This document shows, one piece after another, positions 13,702-14,663 of a stretch of DNA of 14,663 nt. Position numbers and translations under genes: made by a program. The stretch spans positions 1-14,663 of the forward strand of contig JBHLRP010000033.1 of NCBI GenBank assembly GCA_048882485.1, given 5' to 3'. Each line of letters opens with the position of its first letter. The first letter of the stretch is position 1. The notes beneath the pieces are model-generated. The model searched no databases. It had not been told where the DNA came from and saw nothing but the letters and a program-made list of their open reading frames with translations. Source of the stretch: Candidatus Thorarchaeota archaeon (GTDB lineage: Archaea; Asgardarchaeota; Thorarchaeia; Thorarchaeales; Thorarchaeaceae).

Positions 13702-14663
13702 ATGGTCAATCGACGAATTATGCAGAAGACAATCCGCCAATTAGCTCAGCTCAAGAATGCCTCGGATACTGTTACAGATATCGAGATTCTACGACTAGTC
13801 TTCGTTCGCATACTCGAGGAAATCCATAGGGAATTCGAAAAGCCACCAAGATCTCTCGACTATAGACATCTCGCTCTATTTGCTGATTCGCGTTCCAGCT
13901 GGAACCCAGAATATGACGACAACATCCTAGATTTCAACTTGGAACCCAAGAATGACGAATCACTGCTCGACACCAGAGTTTTGATACTGGGTAACGTGTT
14001 TGAGGCATTCAAAAGCCAGAAAAGCAGAAAGAACCGGGGAGTCTACTACACGCCATATAGTCTTGCAAGAACCATAAGCAGTCTCTCCATTGATGCTTTC
14101 AAATCGCAAAACCGCATTTCGAAGGTTTCCGAATTACTCGGTCTCAAGATACTGGACAATGCGTGTGGATGTGGGATATTCCTTTTTGCTATGCTCGAAG
14201 AGATTCTGAGAAGAATCTCAGTAGGAGCAGAGAAGATTCTATTGGAAGGCATTGATGTAGAAACCACCAAAATCGATTCTATAGCGTCATATCTGCTAGG
14301 CAATTCACTCTTTGGGCATGATGTTGATGAAGATGCGATAGCAATTGCCGAGGCTCAGCTTTGGCTAGCTCTATACTCTATCAACAGCACCATTCCTTCA
14401 TTGATTCGCATACCAAACCTCAGAGTTACAGATACTCTTGTTTCAAAAGTACTCGATGAGAAATACGACATTGTGATAGGAAATCCACCATATATGCGAC
14501 TCACATCCGGGAAGATTGAGTTTAAGAAGACTATCAAAGCACGATATGATACCACACGAGAATACAACACACACGCTCTCTTTGTTCAGGCATCATTATC
14601 TCAACTGAAGCAGGACGGAATCCTTGGCTATTTGATTCACAAGAATCTTCTTACACTCGACAC
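13702..14663 (+). CDS. N6-adenine DNA methyltransferase (gamma class, Eco57I/M.TaqI-like), 3'-truncated by the window
   Basis: Translated by hand: frame +1 is open from ATG 13702 (GAGGT RBS at 13691-13695) to the window end. It starts MVNRRIMQK and contains ILGNVFE, RKNRGVYYTP (motif X), ILDNACGCGIFL (motif I, 14149-14184), LFGHDVD, YDIVIGNPPY (NPPY at 14482-14493) and LKQDGILGYL. Confidence 0.93.
   Translation, partial: MVNRRIMQKTIRQLAQLKNASDTVTDIEILRLVFVRILEEIHREFEKPPRSLDYRHLALFADSRSSWNPEYDDNILDFNLEPKNDESLLDTRVLILGNVFEAFKSQKSRKNRGVYYTPYSLARTISSLSIDAFKSQNRISKVSELLGLKILDNACGCGIFLFAMLEEILRRISVGAEKILLEGIDVETTKIDSIASYLLGNSLFGHDVDEDAIAIAEAQLWLALYSINSTIPSLIRIPNLRVTDTLVSKVLDEKYDIVIGNPPYMRLTSGKIEFKKTIKARYDTTREYNTHALFVQASLSQLKQDGILGYLIHKNLLTLD

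Noticed and set aside
13547-13744. Stop-free +2 frame (…LYDAYRWALTNDEILSLH…) faintly resembling the C-terminus of type IIG/MmeI-like R-M proteins
   Set aside because: It has no ATG or RBS, spans the divergent promoter region and overlaps the MTase start. The resemblance is too short to support without a tBLASTn or HMM hit.
13635-14570. Track ORFs 13635..13829 (+), 14046..14303 (-) and 14355..14570 (-)
   Set aside because: They are shadows of the motif-rich MTase frame starting at 13702.
1-14663. tRNA/rRNA genes, CRISPR arrays, IS elements, integrases, in-frame Sec codons
   Set aside because: None recognised by eye. Intergenic gaps are at most 226 bp and lack periodic repeats or cloverleaf motifs, and the redox enzymes are full-length without internal TGA.

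Overview
A gene-dense prokaryotic window, most likely archaeal. Evidence for this is TATA-like boxes, GGTGA/GAGG ribosome-binding sites, an archaeal-type APC permease, a Mer-like LLM and a tungsten AOR. The gene style suggests an Asgard/Thorarchaeota-like organism, but that is an impression and unverified. Most of the window is an apparently uncharacterised catabolic neighbourhood. It opens with an APC permease and two hypothetical genes. A head-to-head block follows: [DUF917 <- metallophosphoesterase] <> [nucleotidyltransferase-fold protein -> DUF917 -> hydantoin/Asp-Glu racemase]. Converging on it is an operon of Fe-S subunit -> aldehyde:ferredoxin oxidoreductase -> LLM oxidoreductase -> MFS transporter. 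The window ends in an N6-adenine DNA methyltransferase (13702 to past the end) that the ORF track omits. The best novel-system candidate is the divergent nucleotidyltransferase/atypical (GNDD) phosphoesterase pair flanked by two DUF917 desulfurase-family paralogues. No RNA genes, CRISPR arrays or mobile elements were recognised.
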